The notes: generated by a model not told the origin, from the sequence alone. Shown: positions 21,709-30,312, numbered from the stretch's first letter. The stretch is 32,000 bases of DNA from Candidatus Lokiarchaeum ossiferum (GCA_025839675.1 CP104013.1:1050001-1082000); one strand, 5' to 3'. Program-made: numbers and translations.

Positions 21709-24684
21709 TTATTTTTCATTGGGGATTTCTATGATATATTTGGTACCATGATTTAGATCTAGAGATAGGCGTCCTTTGATTTGATCCGTCAGTATAGAAA
21801 TCAATTGCAATCCAAATGTATTTGGATTTGCTAGATCAACAGATTGAGAAATTCCAATTCCATTATCAGCGACAGTTAAAATATTCTTATCACGATGGTT
21901 TTTGAATTGAATTGAAATTTTTCCTTGCGATTTCTCTGGAAAGGCATATTTAAGAGAATTTGACACAATTTCATTAATAATCAAAGTGATAGGAACTGAT
22001 TGATCTAAGGTCAACCAGATATTATCTGCTTCCACATCATTTTGAATTTGAGCGGGGTCCACATGATATGATCGTAGAAGATTACGAAGTAAAGTCTGAA
22101 TAAAGCGAATGAAGTTGATCGATTCAAAATTTTCTGAGAGATACAACGACTCATATACCACTAAAATAGATTCGATTCGATTTTTACTATTTTTGACAAT
22201 TCGAGCAAAATTGGGATCTTTATAATAGCCAGATTGCAAATTTAGCATGCTGGTAATAATTTGAAGATTATTTTTCACTCGATGATGAACTTCTTTGAGG
22301 AGAATGTTCTTTTCATTTACAATTTGTTTTAATTTTTTTTCTCGATTCTTTATTTCAGTTATATTTCTCAAAGATCCTATAATGTATTGCGACTCTCCAG
22401 CATCATTCCTAAAAATGGTGTGATTATCACCTATCCAGAAATATGACCCTTGTTTTGAAAGTGAACGGTATTCAATATTATGAGATATTTGAAGATTTGG
22501 ATTTGTCTCTAACGAAACTTCAGGAAACCTAAAATTTTTCAAATCTTCAGGATGAATTAATTGATTTATCTCATCGCTTGACATAGATTCGATTTCTTGA
22601 TGAGAATATCCAAATATTTTTTTAATAACGGGACTCATATAATCATACTTTCCAGAAATACAATTGAATTTGTAGGCAGCATCAGTTGAGTGCTCCAATA
22701 CTTCCCGGAATTTTTGTTCGCTTTTCTCAAGCATTAGTCTAGCTTTTTGCTGGAATGTTATATCTATACAAAAAGTAACTTCTTCTCCATCCCCGATTTT
22801 TAGATCTCTAAATTGTACAATTTTTTCACTATTATCTTTGCAAGTAACAATTCGTTCACGAATCTCACTTAAACCTTCATCCAAATAATTAGCTCTTAAC
22901 GGGAGACTTTTTCGATAATTCTCATTTGGATAAGCACATTCCATCCATTTTTCTGAGTTTGGAATATCCTCGAGCGTGTACCCAAACATTTCTGTAAACT
23001 TCGGATTAATATATTTTAACTCATTTTCGGAACCAGTTACCACAATTGGAAAGGGAAAATGTTCCACTATTTTCTGATATCGTTGTTGTACATGTTGAAT
23101 TTTTTTTTCAATTTTTTTTTTATCCGAGATATCTTCAAATATAGTGATAAATTCAGATTCGCTAATGCTGATATCTCGAAGAATAACAGATTTTACATCA
23201 CCATTTTTACATTGAACATTATTAATACGAGGTTCGCTTAATTGATGAGTTACCTCATTTAATTGTGCAAAAATTGAATTTCGATAGGTTTCATCTGGAT
23301 AAGCCAAATGGGCCCAATCTTCAGTTGTGGAAATTTCGTCTAAAGTATATCCAAAAGTTTCAGTAAATTTGGGATTTACATACAGATTGTGGTCTTGATT
23401 ATCGCTTATAGCTAAGGGAAAGGGAAAATTCTCAATTATAATCCGATATCGTTCTTCACTTTTTCGATACGCAATATCTAAGAGTTTTGATTCTGTAATG
23501 TCTTGAATTGAGCCAATGCTAGCCATGGGATTTCCGTTCCCATCCCGAATAAAAGTCAATGCATCTCTGAACCACTTATATTCCCCATTTTTACAAAGAA
23601 ACCGAGCATCTTGAACCAAGTTTATTTTCAAAGCAGTTGAATTTGTTAAATGAAAATTCAATTCTGCCATGTTTTTTTTTGCATCATCGGGATGAATATG
23701 GGCTAGAACAAAAGGATAAGTTATTTGTTCTTGCTTATATCCAGTAATTTCTTCCATGATGGGACCAACGTATTCATATTCTTCTGTTTTAAGATTGAGA
23801 TGATAAGAAATAGTTCTTGAACCTTCTAATACTTCTTTGAATCTATCTTCACTTAACCTCAAAGCATCTAATTGTTCAATTGAAGAAGTAATATCTCGTA
23901 TAGAACCGACAGAATAGAGAGGATTGCCATGTCTATCTTGATAGTAAGTAAATTTGTCACTAAACCACTTTATTTTTCCATTTGAACACTGAAAACGTGC
24001 AACATTCTGCATAGAAACAGTGCCATGCTTAGTTTGAGATAATTTTCTTTTTAATTTCTCTTGGTTTCGGAGCATATCCTCTTTATTTATCTTTGTTGAA
24101 ATAAAATCTCTACTTGCTTCTTTAAGTGAATATCCGGTTACTATTTCAATAACAGGACTTAAATAATCATACAGTCCTGTTTTTAAATTTAAACGATACG
24201 ATATATCATGGGAATTATCCAAGACTTCTCGAAACTGTTTTTCACTCTTGACTAGCTTATTTTGAATTGTTTTTTGTTTATCAATATTGCGGATTATTCC
24301 TAGGATGGAGACGAGTTGTTCATTCTGATTAATATTCTTTGAGAAAGATCCTTGTAACCACAAGCTGTGACCTAAAATATGTTTTCCTCGGAATTTACAA
24401 GTAAATTCGGTAAGTTTACCGTTTTGGAACTCATTGTATGAATTATTAAATATATCTATATCATCAACATGGATGATATCATCCAAGAATAATGTGTCAA
24501 AATTGCTTAAAGCATATCCTAAGACATGATATAGAGATGGGTTAGCATAAATCAGTTGACATTTCAAATTTACTTCGATTATAATGTCTCCACTTAATTC
24601 AACTAATCTTTGATATCGATAAAATTTTGATTTGATATCTTCAGAGTTTGTTATTGATGTGTGAGATTTTTTTGGATCTGTCAA
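21709..24684 (-). CDS. Soluble sensor histidine kinase: six PAS domains + HisKA_2 + HATPase_c
   Basis: The H-box is EVHHRVKNNLQIITSMLNLQ (H800; codons cat cat appear as the reverse complement of 22282..22287). The N-box is NEIVSNSLKYAF, G1 is DNGIGI and G2 is FGLQLI. I recognise six PAS units by recurring ...F(R/K)EVLE.S...Y.....G.Y.Y(L/V/M)SP... and ...RY..I(I/V)E.FPFP.... No TM segment is present. The only start before PAS1 is TTG at 24684. Confidence 0.92.
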   Translation of the reverse strand: MTDPKKSHTSITNSEDIKSKFYRYQRLVELSGDIIIEVNLKCQLIYANPSLYHVLGYALSNFDTLFLDDIIHVDDIDIFNNSYNEFQNGKLTEFTCKFRGKHILGHSLWLQGSFSKNINQNEQLVSILGIIRNIDKQKTIQNKLVKSEKQFREVLDNSHDISYRLNLKTGLYDYLSPVIEIVTGYSLKEASRDFISTKINKEDMLRNQEKLKRKLSQTKHGTVSMQNVARFQCSNGKIKWFSDKFTYYQDRHGNPLYSVGSIRDITSSIEQLDALRLSEDRFKEVLEGSRTISYHLNLKTEEYEYVGPIMEEITGYKQEQITYPFVLAHIHPDDAKKNMAELNFHLTNSTALKINLVQDARFLCKNGEYKWFRDALTFIRDGNGNPMASIGSIQDITESKLLDIAYRKSEERYRIIIENFPFPLAISDNQDHNLYVNPKFTETFGYTLDEISTTEDWAHLAYPDETYRNSIFAQLNEVTHQLSEPRINNVQCKNGDVKSVILRDISISESEFITIFEDISDKKKIEKKIQHVQQRYQKIVEHFPFPIVVTGSENELKYINPKFTEMFGYTLEDIPNSEKWMECAYPNENYRKSLPLRANYLDEGLSEIRERIVTCKDNSEKIVQFRDLKIGDGEEVTFCIDITFQQKARLMLEKSEQKFREVLEHSTDAAYKFNCISGKYDYMSPVIKKIFGYSHQEIESMSSDEINQLIHPEDLKNFRFPEVSLETNPNLQISHNIEYRSLSKQGSYFWIGDNHTIFRNDAGESQYIIGSLRNITEIKNREKKLKQIVNEKNILLKEVHHRVKNNLQIITSMLNLQSGYYKDPNFARIVKNSKNRIESILVVYESLYLSENFESINFIRFIQTLLRNLLRSYHVDPAQIQNDVEADNIWLTLDQSVPITLIINEIVSNSLKYAFPEKSQGKISIQFKNHRDKNILTVADNGIGISQSVDLANPNTFGLQLISILTDQIKGRLSLDLNHGTKYIIEIPNEK

Positions 24685-24729
24685 TTTTTCAACATCCCTA
24701 CTGCATTTAAAAAATTTTGTTTACAAGGA

Positions 24730-25152
24730 TTAATCCATTTTGCCATTGTGAGATTCTTGAATCCAATTTTTTAAGAATTGTTTTATTTCTTCCATAACTG
24801 GCTTGTTTGGGATATAAAAAGTATATTTTCCATCTTTCTGAGCTACAAGAAGTCGGGATTTTTCGAGAATCTTTACATTACGTGAGATTGTCGGTTGAGA
24901 TTTACCGATAATATTCACTAATTCAGTAACCGAATAGTTTTCTTTTCCTAAATGATATAATATGTTAAAACGATCTTTATTCCCACCAACATCTCTAAAT
25001 GCTTGATGAATTAACATTTTGCCTGAATCTTCTAAAAATTTTTTACGTTTCTGGGAAAAATATTCCAATAATTCAACTTCATTGGATTCTGGATGGAATT
25101 TTTTCAAATCTCTTAAAACAGAACTTCTTTTTTTTTTCTTTGGCTCATCCAT
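24730..25152 (-). CDS. ArsR/SmtB-family winged-helix transcriptional regulator
   Basis: RFNILYHLGKENYSVTELVNIIGKSQPTISRNVKILEKSRLLVAQKDGKYTFY fits the ArsR HTH-plus-wing pattern. ATG at 25152. It is the first gene of the ArsR-kinase-regulator operon. Confidence 0.87.
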   Translation of the reverse strand: MDEPKKKKRSSVLRDLKKFHPESNEVELLEYFSQKRKKFLEDSGKMLIHQAFRDVGGNKDRFNILYHLGKENYSVTELVNIIGKSQPTISRNVKILEKSRLLVAQKDGKYTFYIPNKPVMEEIKQFLKNWIQESHNGKMD

Positions 25153-25198
25153 TTTTGTTAATATTTCCTTTTATGTTTGATATATTTATTTAATTTTT

Positions 25199-25214
25199 AC
25201 ATATATAAATATGT
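25199..25214. promoter_or_regulatory. Inverted repeat ACATAT-ATAA-ATATGT overlapping a TATA-like string; candidate operator/promoter of the ArsR-kinase operon
   Basis: The sequence acatatataaatatgt has perfect 6-nt arms with a 4-nt spacer. It lies 47 nt upstream of the ArsR ATG (25152) in a 174-nt divergent intergenic region. Confidence 0.3.
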
Positions 25215-25326
25215 GCAAAAAATTTAAAAGCCATCACAATCTTCATTGTTTAGAAATATGTATTTTGTAAGACATAAACGTCGATATTATTTCTGAAGCA
25301 ACGAACAATCAAAGATATGTTTTACT

Positions 25327-25914
25327 ATGAAATCTATAGAATCAATAATTTGTAAGCCTTTTGTTGAAATATCTATCATTTCAAAGCAAAAATCCCCTCA
25401 AAATGAGAAGGAAATATTGATGCTTTTGATAGAGCGTATTTCGTCAATTGAAGAAATATCCATAGAATGGTTCGGATCCCATGAAAATCCATCAATAAAG
25501 GTTACTTTTCCGAGTTATGATTACTTTCACATGTTTTATAGACGCGATTTCAAAATTTTAGAAAGAGCAGCCAAAATCTTACAATCAAATATGTCAAAAA
25601 ATCGATCTATTTTACAATCCAAAGAGGATATGTGTAAGGATGATATTTTTCTCATATTAAGATATCGAACAAATTTCAAAAAACCCATGCGTGAGTCCTA
25701 TCGATATAAACAATGGTTTTCTGACATGTTGGGTGAAAAAGTCTGGACTGAAGAGATTGAAGATGGATTCTTACATTTTTTTCAGACTTTAAATGATTTC
25801 CAGAGAGTTATTTTAGATTTGACAGAGCCTTCGGGGATTCAAGAATATATTTGCATGAAAGAAGGAATACTGGACAATAAAATTTGCCAACAACTATTGA
25901 CCTTAGTATCTTAA
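25327..25914 (+). CDS. Hypothetical protein (195 aa), no recognisable motifs
   Basis: It is a clean ATG-initiated ORF in an otherwise uncovered interval and is divergent from the ArsR gene. I recognise no TM segments or catalytic motifs. Confidence 0.55.
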   Translation: MKSIESIICKPFVEISIISKQKSPQNEKEILMLLIERISSIEEISIEWFGSHENPSIKVTFPSYDYFHMFYRRDFKILERAAKILQSNMSKNRSILQSKEDMCKDDIFLILRYRTNFKKPMRESYRYKQWFSDMLGEKVWTEEIEDGFLHFFQTLNDFQRVILDLTEPSGIQEYICMKEGILDNKICQQLLTLVS

Positions 25915-25955
25915 TTAAAACTTAGATTATCCAAAATTTTTGACAATCCCAAAAA

Positions 25956-25965
25956 TTTTTTTTTT
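25956..25965 (+). terminator. T10 tract about 40 nt downstream of the 195-aa ORF (possible oligo-T terminator)
   Basis: The sequence reads cccaaaaaTTTTTTTTTTgtg. An A5/T run could also pair. It may instead belong to the next gene's promoter region. Confidence 0.3.
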
Positions 25966-26021
25966 GTGTTAGTTATCATCATGCTAATTTATTAGAATTA
26001 GTTTCCGTTAAAAATTTGAAA

Positions 26022-26744
26022 ATGAAAAACGACATGAGAACTTCAAGTCAAGTATTTCGGTTTTTAATTCTTACTATGCTAGGTATAATAAATTTTCTTA
26101 TTTTTTCTTCTCTTGCTATGCATTATTACTCTGGAGGAACTTTAGAAAACCCACAAAATATGGGCTATTCTTTTATTTCAAATAAATTTAGTGATTTAGG
26201 GATGACAATATCCTATTCGGGAGTTTCCAATAAAATTTCCTTCTTGTTATTTAATTCTTCTTTGATTCTTGCAGGAATATCACTGATTCCATTTATACTT
26301 ATAATTACAAGGTTAATAAGTGCCAATATATCCATTGAAAAGAAAAAAATGAAACAGCTTCAGATCTTAGGCATTATTGCTGCGTTAAATTTTAGTTTTG
26401 TTGGATTAACACCTAAAAATTTGCCATGGGCAATAGTCTTACACACGCTATTTCAAGATGTTGCATTTGTTGGATTATTTTTCTTCCAAATTTGGATAAT
26501 TTATCTATTGAAAAAGACAAAGTTATCCAAAATCTTACCTTTTATTTTCCAAATTGTAGTCTTGATACAGGGTGTTTATCTTCTATTCCTTTTTCGAATT
26601 ATCCCTGCAACGAATGAAATACATTGCATTGCTCAAAAAATTATCGTTTATGCGCAGTTGCTATCATTTTTAATTCAAAGCTTGCTCCTGCTCCTTAAAG
26701 AAGAGCAAACCAGAATAAACTTATTGATGAAAAAGAAAAAATGA
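26022..26744 (+). CDS. Polytopic membrane protein (about 6 TM), possibly DUF998-like
   Basis: Hydrophobic helices are FRFLILTMLGIINFLIFSSLAM, ISFLLFNSSLILAGISLIPFILII, ILGIIAALNFSFVGL, VAFVGLFFFQIWIIYLL, ILPFIFQIVVLIQGVYLLFLF and IIVYAQLLSFLIQSLLLLL. An FSDLG motif follows TM1. The track start at 26016 is TTG, and the first ATG is at 26022. Confidence 0.7.
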   Translation: MKNDMRTSSQVFRFLILTMLGIINFLIFSSLAMHYYSGGTLENPQNMGYSFISNKFSDLGMTISYSGVSNKISFLLFNSSLILAGISLIPFILIITRLISANISIEKKKMKQLQILGIIAALNFSFVGLTPKNLPWAIVLHTLFQDVAFVGLFFFQIWIIYLLKKTKLSKILPFIFQIVVLIQGVYLLFLFRIIPATNEIHCIAQKIIVYAQLLSFLIQSLLLLLKEEQTRINLLMKKKK

Positions 26745-26751
26745 AATTGCT

Positions 26752-27381
26752 CTAAAATCCAATTTTCATAAAAACAAATGGGAATTTAGCATGAAATATT
26801 TCTTGCTGCTTAATTTTTAAACCCACTTTTTCAATTAGTTTTCTTATATCTGAAAATGTAAATCGCCAGAGTTTTTCCATCAAGCCTATCTTTGCCCCTA
26901 AATTCATTAATTTTGACATGAGAGCATATTTAAAGCCCATTTTTTCCCCATGGCAAAAATCGACCACCAATATCTGACCATTTCGTTTTAACATAGATTT
27001 TGCTTCCAATAATATTTCTGAAGGTGATTCTACGACATGTAAAAGATTTACTACAATTATTTTATCATATTTCATCGCTAAATCATCTAAAGTAGGGTTT
27101 GAAGCATCTGAAACAATAAATTGTGCATCCAAAGAAGGATCGTCCAATAGCTCTAACTTTCGATTTGCAACTTTAATCATCTTTTCATCCAAATCAATCC
27201 CAATGAATTTTTTAACAATGGACAGAACAGGGATACTAATTAACCCAGATCCACATCCAAGTTCAATCACGTTATCTTCATAGGATACCGAACCAGTGAT
27301 AAGAGGAATAATAGATTTGTATAGTGATTTAAATTGCCTATCATACCTCTTTGCCATCAATTTCCACAATAAATTTACCAT
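26752..27381 (-). CDS. Class I SAM-dependent methyltransferase (small-molecule/UbiE-like type)
   Basis: Motif I is VIELGCGSGLIS, the motif II acidic residue lies in GIDLDEKM, and the post-II/III region reads KYDKIIVVNLLHVV. No DNA-methyltransferase (D/N)PP(Y/F) or PC motifs are present. Confidence 0.85.
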   Translation of the reverse strand: MVNLLWKLMAKRYDRQFKSLYKSIIPLITGSVSYEDNVIELGCGSGLISIPVLSIVKKFIGIDLDEKMIKVANRKLELLDDPSLDAQFIVSDASNPTLDDLAMKYDKIIVVNLLHVVESPSEILLEAKSMLKRNGQILVVDFCHGEKMGFKYALMSKLMNLGAKIGLMEKLWRFTFSDIRKLIEKVGLKIKQQEIFHAKFPFVFMKIGF

Positions 27382-27412
27382 TTTACTCCCTCATTCAATA
27401 TGTGAAAAAAAA

Positions 27413-28348
27413 TCAAAGATGCTTTGACAGAAATGGAATGACCCGAGATACAACTTCAGTAGTATTTTCTTGAAAGATGAGATGATCTGCACCTTCTATT
27501 ACTTGAAATTCGTTTTCTTGATTAGGGAGTCGCTGAAATAAAGCTTTCAGAAAAGTTACGCTGAACAGTTTGTCGTTCTCACCATTTATGAACATTATTG
27601 GAATTTGAATTTCTTCTGGAGGACATTTTGGAGCTTCAACTATTTGAGTCTTGAGACTAATGAGAGTATATTTCGATGCTATGAGTGGATCTTGAATTAA
27701 ATTATCAAATAACTTGGATCCATACTCTGTACTTACAAGTGACTTCTTAGGTAGGTACTTAAACACAGACATTTTTAATTTCGGGAAAATTTTGGCGAAG
27801 AAGGGCACTAAGGGAACTATCAGACGTAAAAATGCACCAATTTTTATGATCTCTTTGTGATGACCTTCATTAAAAATAGCTGCATTGTGACAGATAGCAA
27901 GATCAATTTTGGAATTTGCAGCAACGGCATAGAGGGAGGAAATGCCACCCAAACTTGAACCCATAATCGCAATTTTCCCAGGATATCTCTCCTTAATATG
28001 AGCTGTAATGAATTCTATGGAATCCGTAATTTTTTTCATAGTAAAATGTCCACGAATTCCTGAACTTTGACCATGGCCCGGTAGATCAGGTACAAATACT
28101 CGAAATCCATTACTTTTGAGTAAATATGCAAATTCCGCATAAAACCGACTGTAAACAGATGTTCCATGGATCATTATAACATTCCCTTTGGAATTATTTC
28201 CCAAATCATGACCGAATATATCCAAATGGATTTTGTCGTGTTTTGTGGAAATAAATTCTTCATGAAGTGCAGCTTCGATTTTTTTTGGATCTTCATGTCG
28301 AATATATTGATACCAGTAGTTATTTTGGTTTGAATGATATGTTGCCAT
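27413..28348 (-). CDS. Alpha/beta hydrolase (lysophospholipase / monoacylglycerol-lipase-like, Hydrolase_4 type)
   Basis: NVIMIHGTSVYSRFYAEFAYLLKSNGFRVFVPDLPGHGQSSG matches the family N-terminal block. The nucleophile elbow is GSSLGG. The acid/His region reads GENDKLF ... GADHL. The track start at 28381 is GTG, and I chose the first ATG at 28348 (MATYHSNQ...). The start remains uncertain. Confidence 0.85.
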   Translation of the reverse strand: MATYHSNQNNYWYQYIRHEDPKKIEAALHEEFISTKHDKIHLDIFGHDLGNNSKGNVIMIHGTSVYSRFYAEFAYLLKSNGFRVFVPDLPGHGQSSGIRGHFTMKKITDSIEFITAHIKERYPGKIAIMGSSLGGISSLYAVAANSKIDLAICHNAAIFNEGHHKEIIKIGAFLRLIVPLVPFFAKIFPKLKMSVFKYLPKKSLVSTEYGSKLFDNLIQDPLIASKYTLISLKTQIVEAPKCPPEEIQIPIMFINGENDKLFSVTFLKALFQRLPNQENEFQVIEGADHLIFQENTTEVVSRVIPFLSKHL

Positions 28349-28447
28349 ATCATTATTACATAAAAGCAGATATTTAAGCACACCAGTGAGAAGATTAGAA
28401 CTTAGTGTTTTTTTTTACACTAGATTAAATTACAAAATATTAAGGTA

Positions 28448-28897
28448 ATGAATACCCAAATCTCTTATATGATATTTGATAAAACTGAATGGGAACCAAT
28501 TGAAAAAATCATTATGGATTCCCAAAAAACAATTCGAACCCTCATTGAAAAGCATACTTTAACAAAAGATCATACGGATGAGCGTCAAGAATTGGAAGTA
28601 CAATGGTTTTTGAATATTTTTCGCTTTATATCCCGAAAATGGAATGTCGATATCCTGTATCAATTGAGACTTCATTCAATGTTAACTTTTAATGATCTCC
28701 GCCGACATTTAAATGATTTATCTTCCCGGACACTCTCTGATTGTCTGAAACAATTGCAAGAATATAAATTAATCACGCGAGAATTACAAGATACCCGCCC
28801 CCCTACGGTGAACTATTCTCTATCAAAAGAAGGAATGGGATTTATAGAGTTATCAATGCTATTGGTTTTCTATTTAGCCGATATCAAATCAAAATAG
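28448..28897 (+). CDS. HxlR-family (MarR-like) winged-helix regulator with a ~60-aa N-terminal extension
   Basis: ISRKWNVDILYQLRLHSMLTFNDLRRHLNDLSSRTLSDCLKQLQEYKLITRELQDTRPPTVNYSLSKEGMGF matches the HxlR signature (RKW..IL..L....F.EL......S...L...LK.L.....R........V.Y.L...G). Confidence 0.85.
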   Translation: MNTQISYMIFDKTEWEPIEKIIMDSQKTIRTLIEKHTLTKDHTDERQELEVQWFLNIFRFISRKWNVDILYQLRLHSMLTFNDLRRHLNDLSSRTLSDCLKQLQEYKLITRELQDTRPPTVNYSLSKEGMGFIELSMLLVFYLADIKSK

Positions 28898-29007
28898 AAT
28901 TGTACAATTGATTGAAAAACAATTTAGTTTTTGCGGGTGGGAGCAAGGAAAATTAACTTATGGACATACTCTTTCCATAATTTCTGGAAAAAAATTGCTT
29001 AGTTATT

Positions 29008-30021
29008 TTAAATAAGGCTTTCATCCATAATCAACGGTATTGCGGAGTAATATTTAGTACGTTTTTCAATATCGTTAAGTATATGCATTAGCTGGACAAC
29101 AATATAATGATATCCATGATAGACATTCAATTCCGAAGTTTTCTGAGAAAAATCATTAAAATATTGAGAAAATTTGGTCTTGTATTGTTCAAGTTTTTTT
29201 AACAAATTACGCTCTGTTTTTCCAAAACTATGAGTTACCGAATGCATCCGATAAGCTTTTGTATGAAGATCATAAGTTATAAGCCCAACATCAATCAATT
29301 CATCCAAGCGTCTCAGAATAGTTCTTCGATCATATTGAGTCAATTGTTCAAGTTGTGCTAAACTCAAACATTCACGAGTTAAGAAATAACAATTCAACCA
29401 AGTCATTTTTTCATCATTTTCTTGAAAATAATCTATGTCGATCAATTGTTGATGAAATTCAGCTTCGATGGACACAAATTCCGGAGAAAATTCATACTCT
29501 TCTACAAGTGGTGAGAGATTAATTTGAATAAAATCCCACTTTTTGTTTTGTTTGTGTAATTCCTCAAAATAATACCAATGAATAAACTCAATATCTTTGA
29601 TTCGCTTGACCCAATGAGATTTTTCAAATGAATTAGATAGATTCTCTTTCTGGTTGATAGCGTCATTAAAGAATTTTTTCATAAACGAGATATTTTTTAC
29701 TCGTGGATCTTGATTTCCTAATATTAACCGCCCATAGTCATAATTAATGATATATTCTTTTATTTTATCATGAATACCATCAGTTTTTATAACTTTCAAA
29801 TCCAGTAACTCGAAAAGAATCGCTGAAATTGTACTTCTAGAAAAACCAGTTAGTTTTTTTAGAACAGGTTGATTCAATCGCTTATGTATCATGAAATAGG
29901 CATAAATCTCGACACATTTTTTAGCCCTTCCATAGGAATAATTAATATCAACATAGAAATCGATGAGTTCTTTTTCATATTTTCTAATTTTTTCATGGAA
30001 ATAATGGATTTCCTCAATCAT
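29008..30021 (-). CDS. Putative transcriptional regulator with two winged-helix modules (MarR/GbsR-like)
   Basis: Module 1 reads CVEIYAYFMIHKRLNQPVLKKLTGFSRSTISAILFELLDLKVIKTDG. Module 2 reads LNCYFLTRECLSLAQLEQLTQYDRRTILRRLDELIDVGLITYDLHTKAYRM. ATG at 30021. A TTATATAAAA string lies about 50 nt upstream on the minus strand (about 30068..30078). Confidence 0.65.
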   Translation of the reverse strand: MIEEIHYFHEKIRKYEKELIDFYVDINYSYGRAKKCVEIYAYFMIHKRLNQPVLKKLTGFSRSTISAILFELLDLKVIKTDGIHDKIKEYIINYDYGRLILGNQDPRVKNISFMKKFFNDAINQKENLSNSFEKSHWVKRIKDIEFIHWYYFEELHKQNKKWDFIQINLSPLVEEYEFSPEFVSIEAEFHQQLIDIDYFQENDEKMTWLNCYFLTRECLSLAQLEQLTQYDRRTILRRLDELIDVGLITYDLHTKAYRMHSVTHSFGKTERNLLKKLEQYKTKFSQYFNDFSQKTSELNVYHGYHYIVVQLMHILNDIEKRTKYYSAIPLIMDESLI

Positions 30022-30312
30022 AATAATCAGTTTTTTTATTTGTACATTTTATTTGGAAAGTAAATACAATTTTATATAAGCATACAATTAAATTAATGTG
30101 TTTTAAGTTTATAAATTTAATTACCTTTTGATTAATGCTGTCATAATTTTCTTATTCTCAATTTAAAGAAATATTTAGAGTTTTATAAGATTTATCGTAA
30201 ATAAAATCAAGAATATCTCATTTCGAATAAAATGCTAAAGTTTAAATTTCGATGTTTCCTTAATTATTTTAGGAATCTGTTATCACCTTTGGTTAAATAG
30301 GAGAATATCTTC

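Noticed and set aside
26752-27381. The methyltransferase considered as part of a restriction-modification or other defence system
   Set aside because: It has class I small-molecule-type motifs only. It lacks DNA-methyltransferase catalytic motifs ((D/N)PP(Y/F), PC-ENV). No nuclease, helicase or specificity subunit lies nearby. Its operon partner is an alpha/beta hydrolase.
28174-28383. 69-aa alternative-frame ORF overlapping the 5' end of the hydrolase gene. Other overlapping alternative-frame ORFs occur at 545..760, 7518..7709, 7881..8102, 9987..10295, 14697..14894, 17672..17908 and 26426..26617.
   Set aside because: They are nested in other frames of well-supported genes. They have no motifs and a composition typical of off-frame translation.
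28898-28909. Perfect 12-nt palindrome AATTGTACAATT immediately after the HxlR stop codon, considered as a terminator hairpin or operator
   Set aside because: It is too short and AT-rich to form a stable hairpin. It lies in a convergent 3' region where an operator is unlikely. Chance palindromes of this type are common at this base composition.
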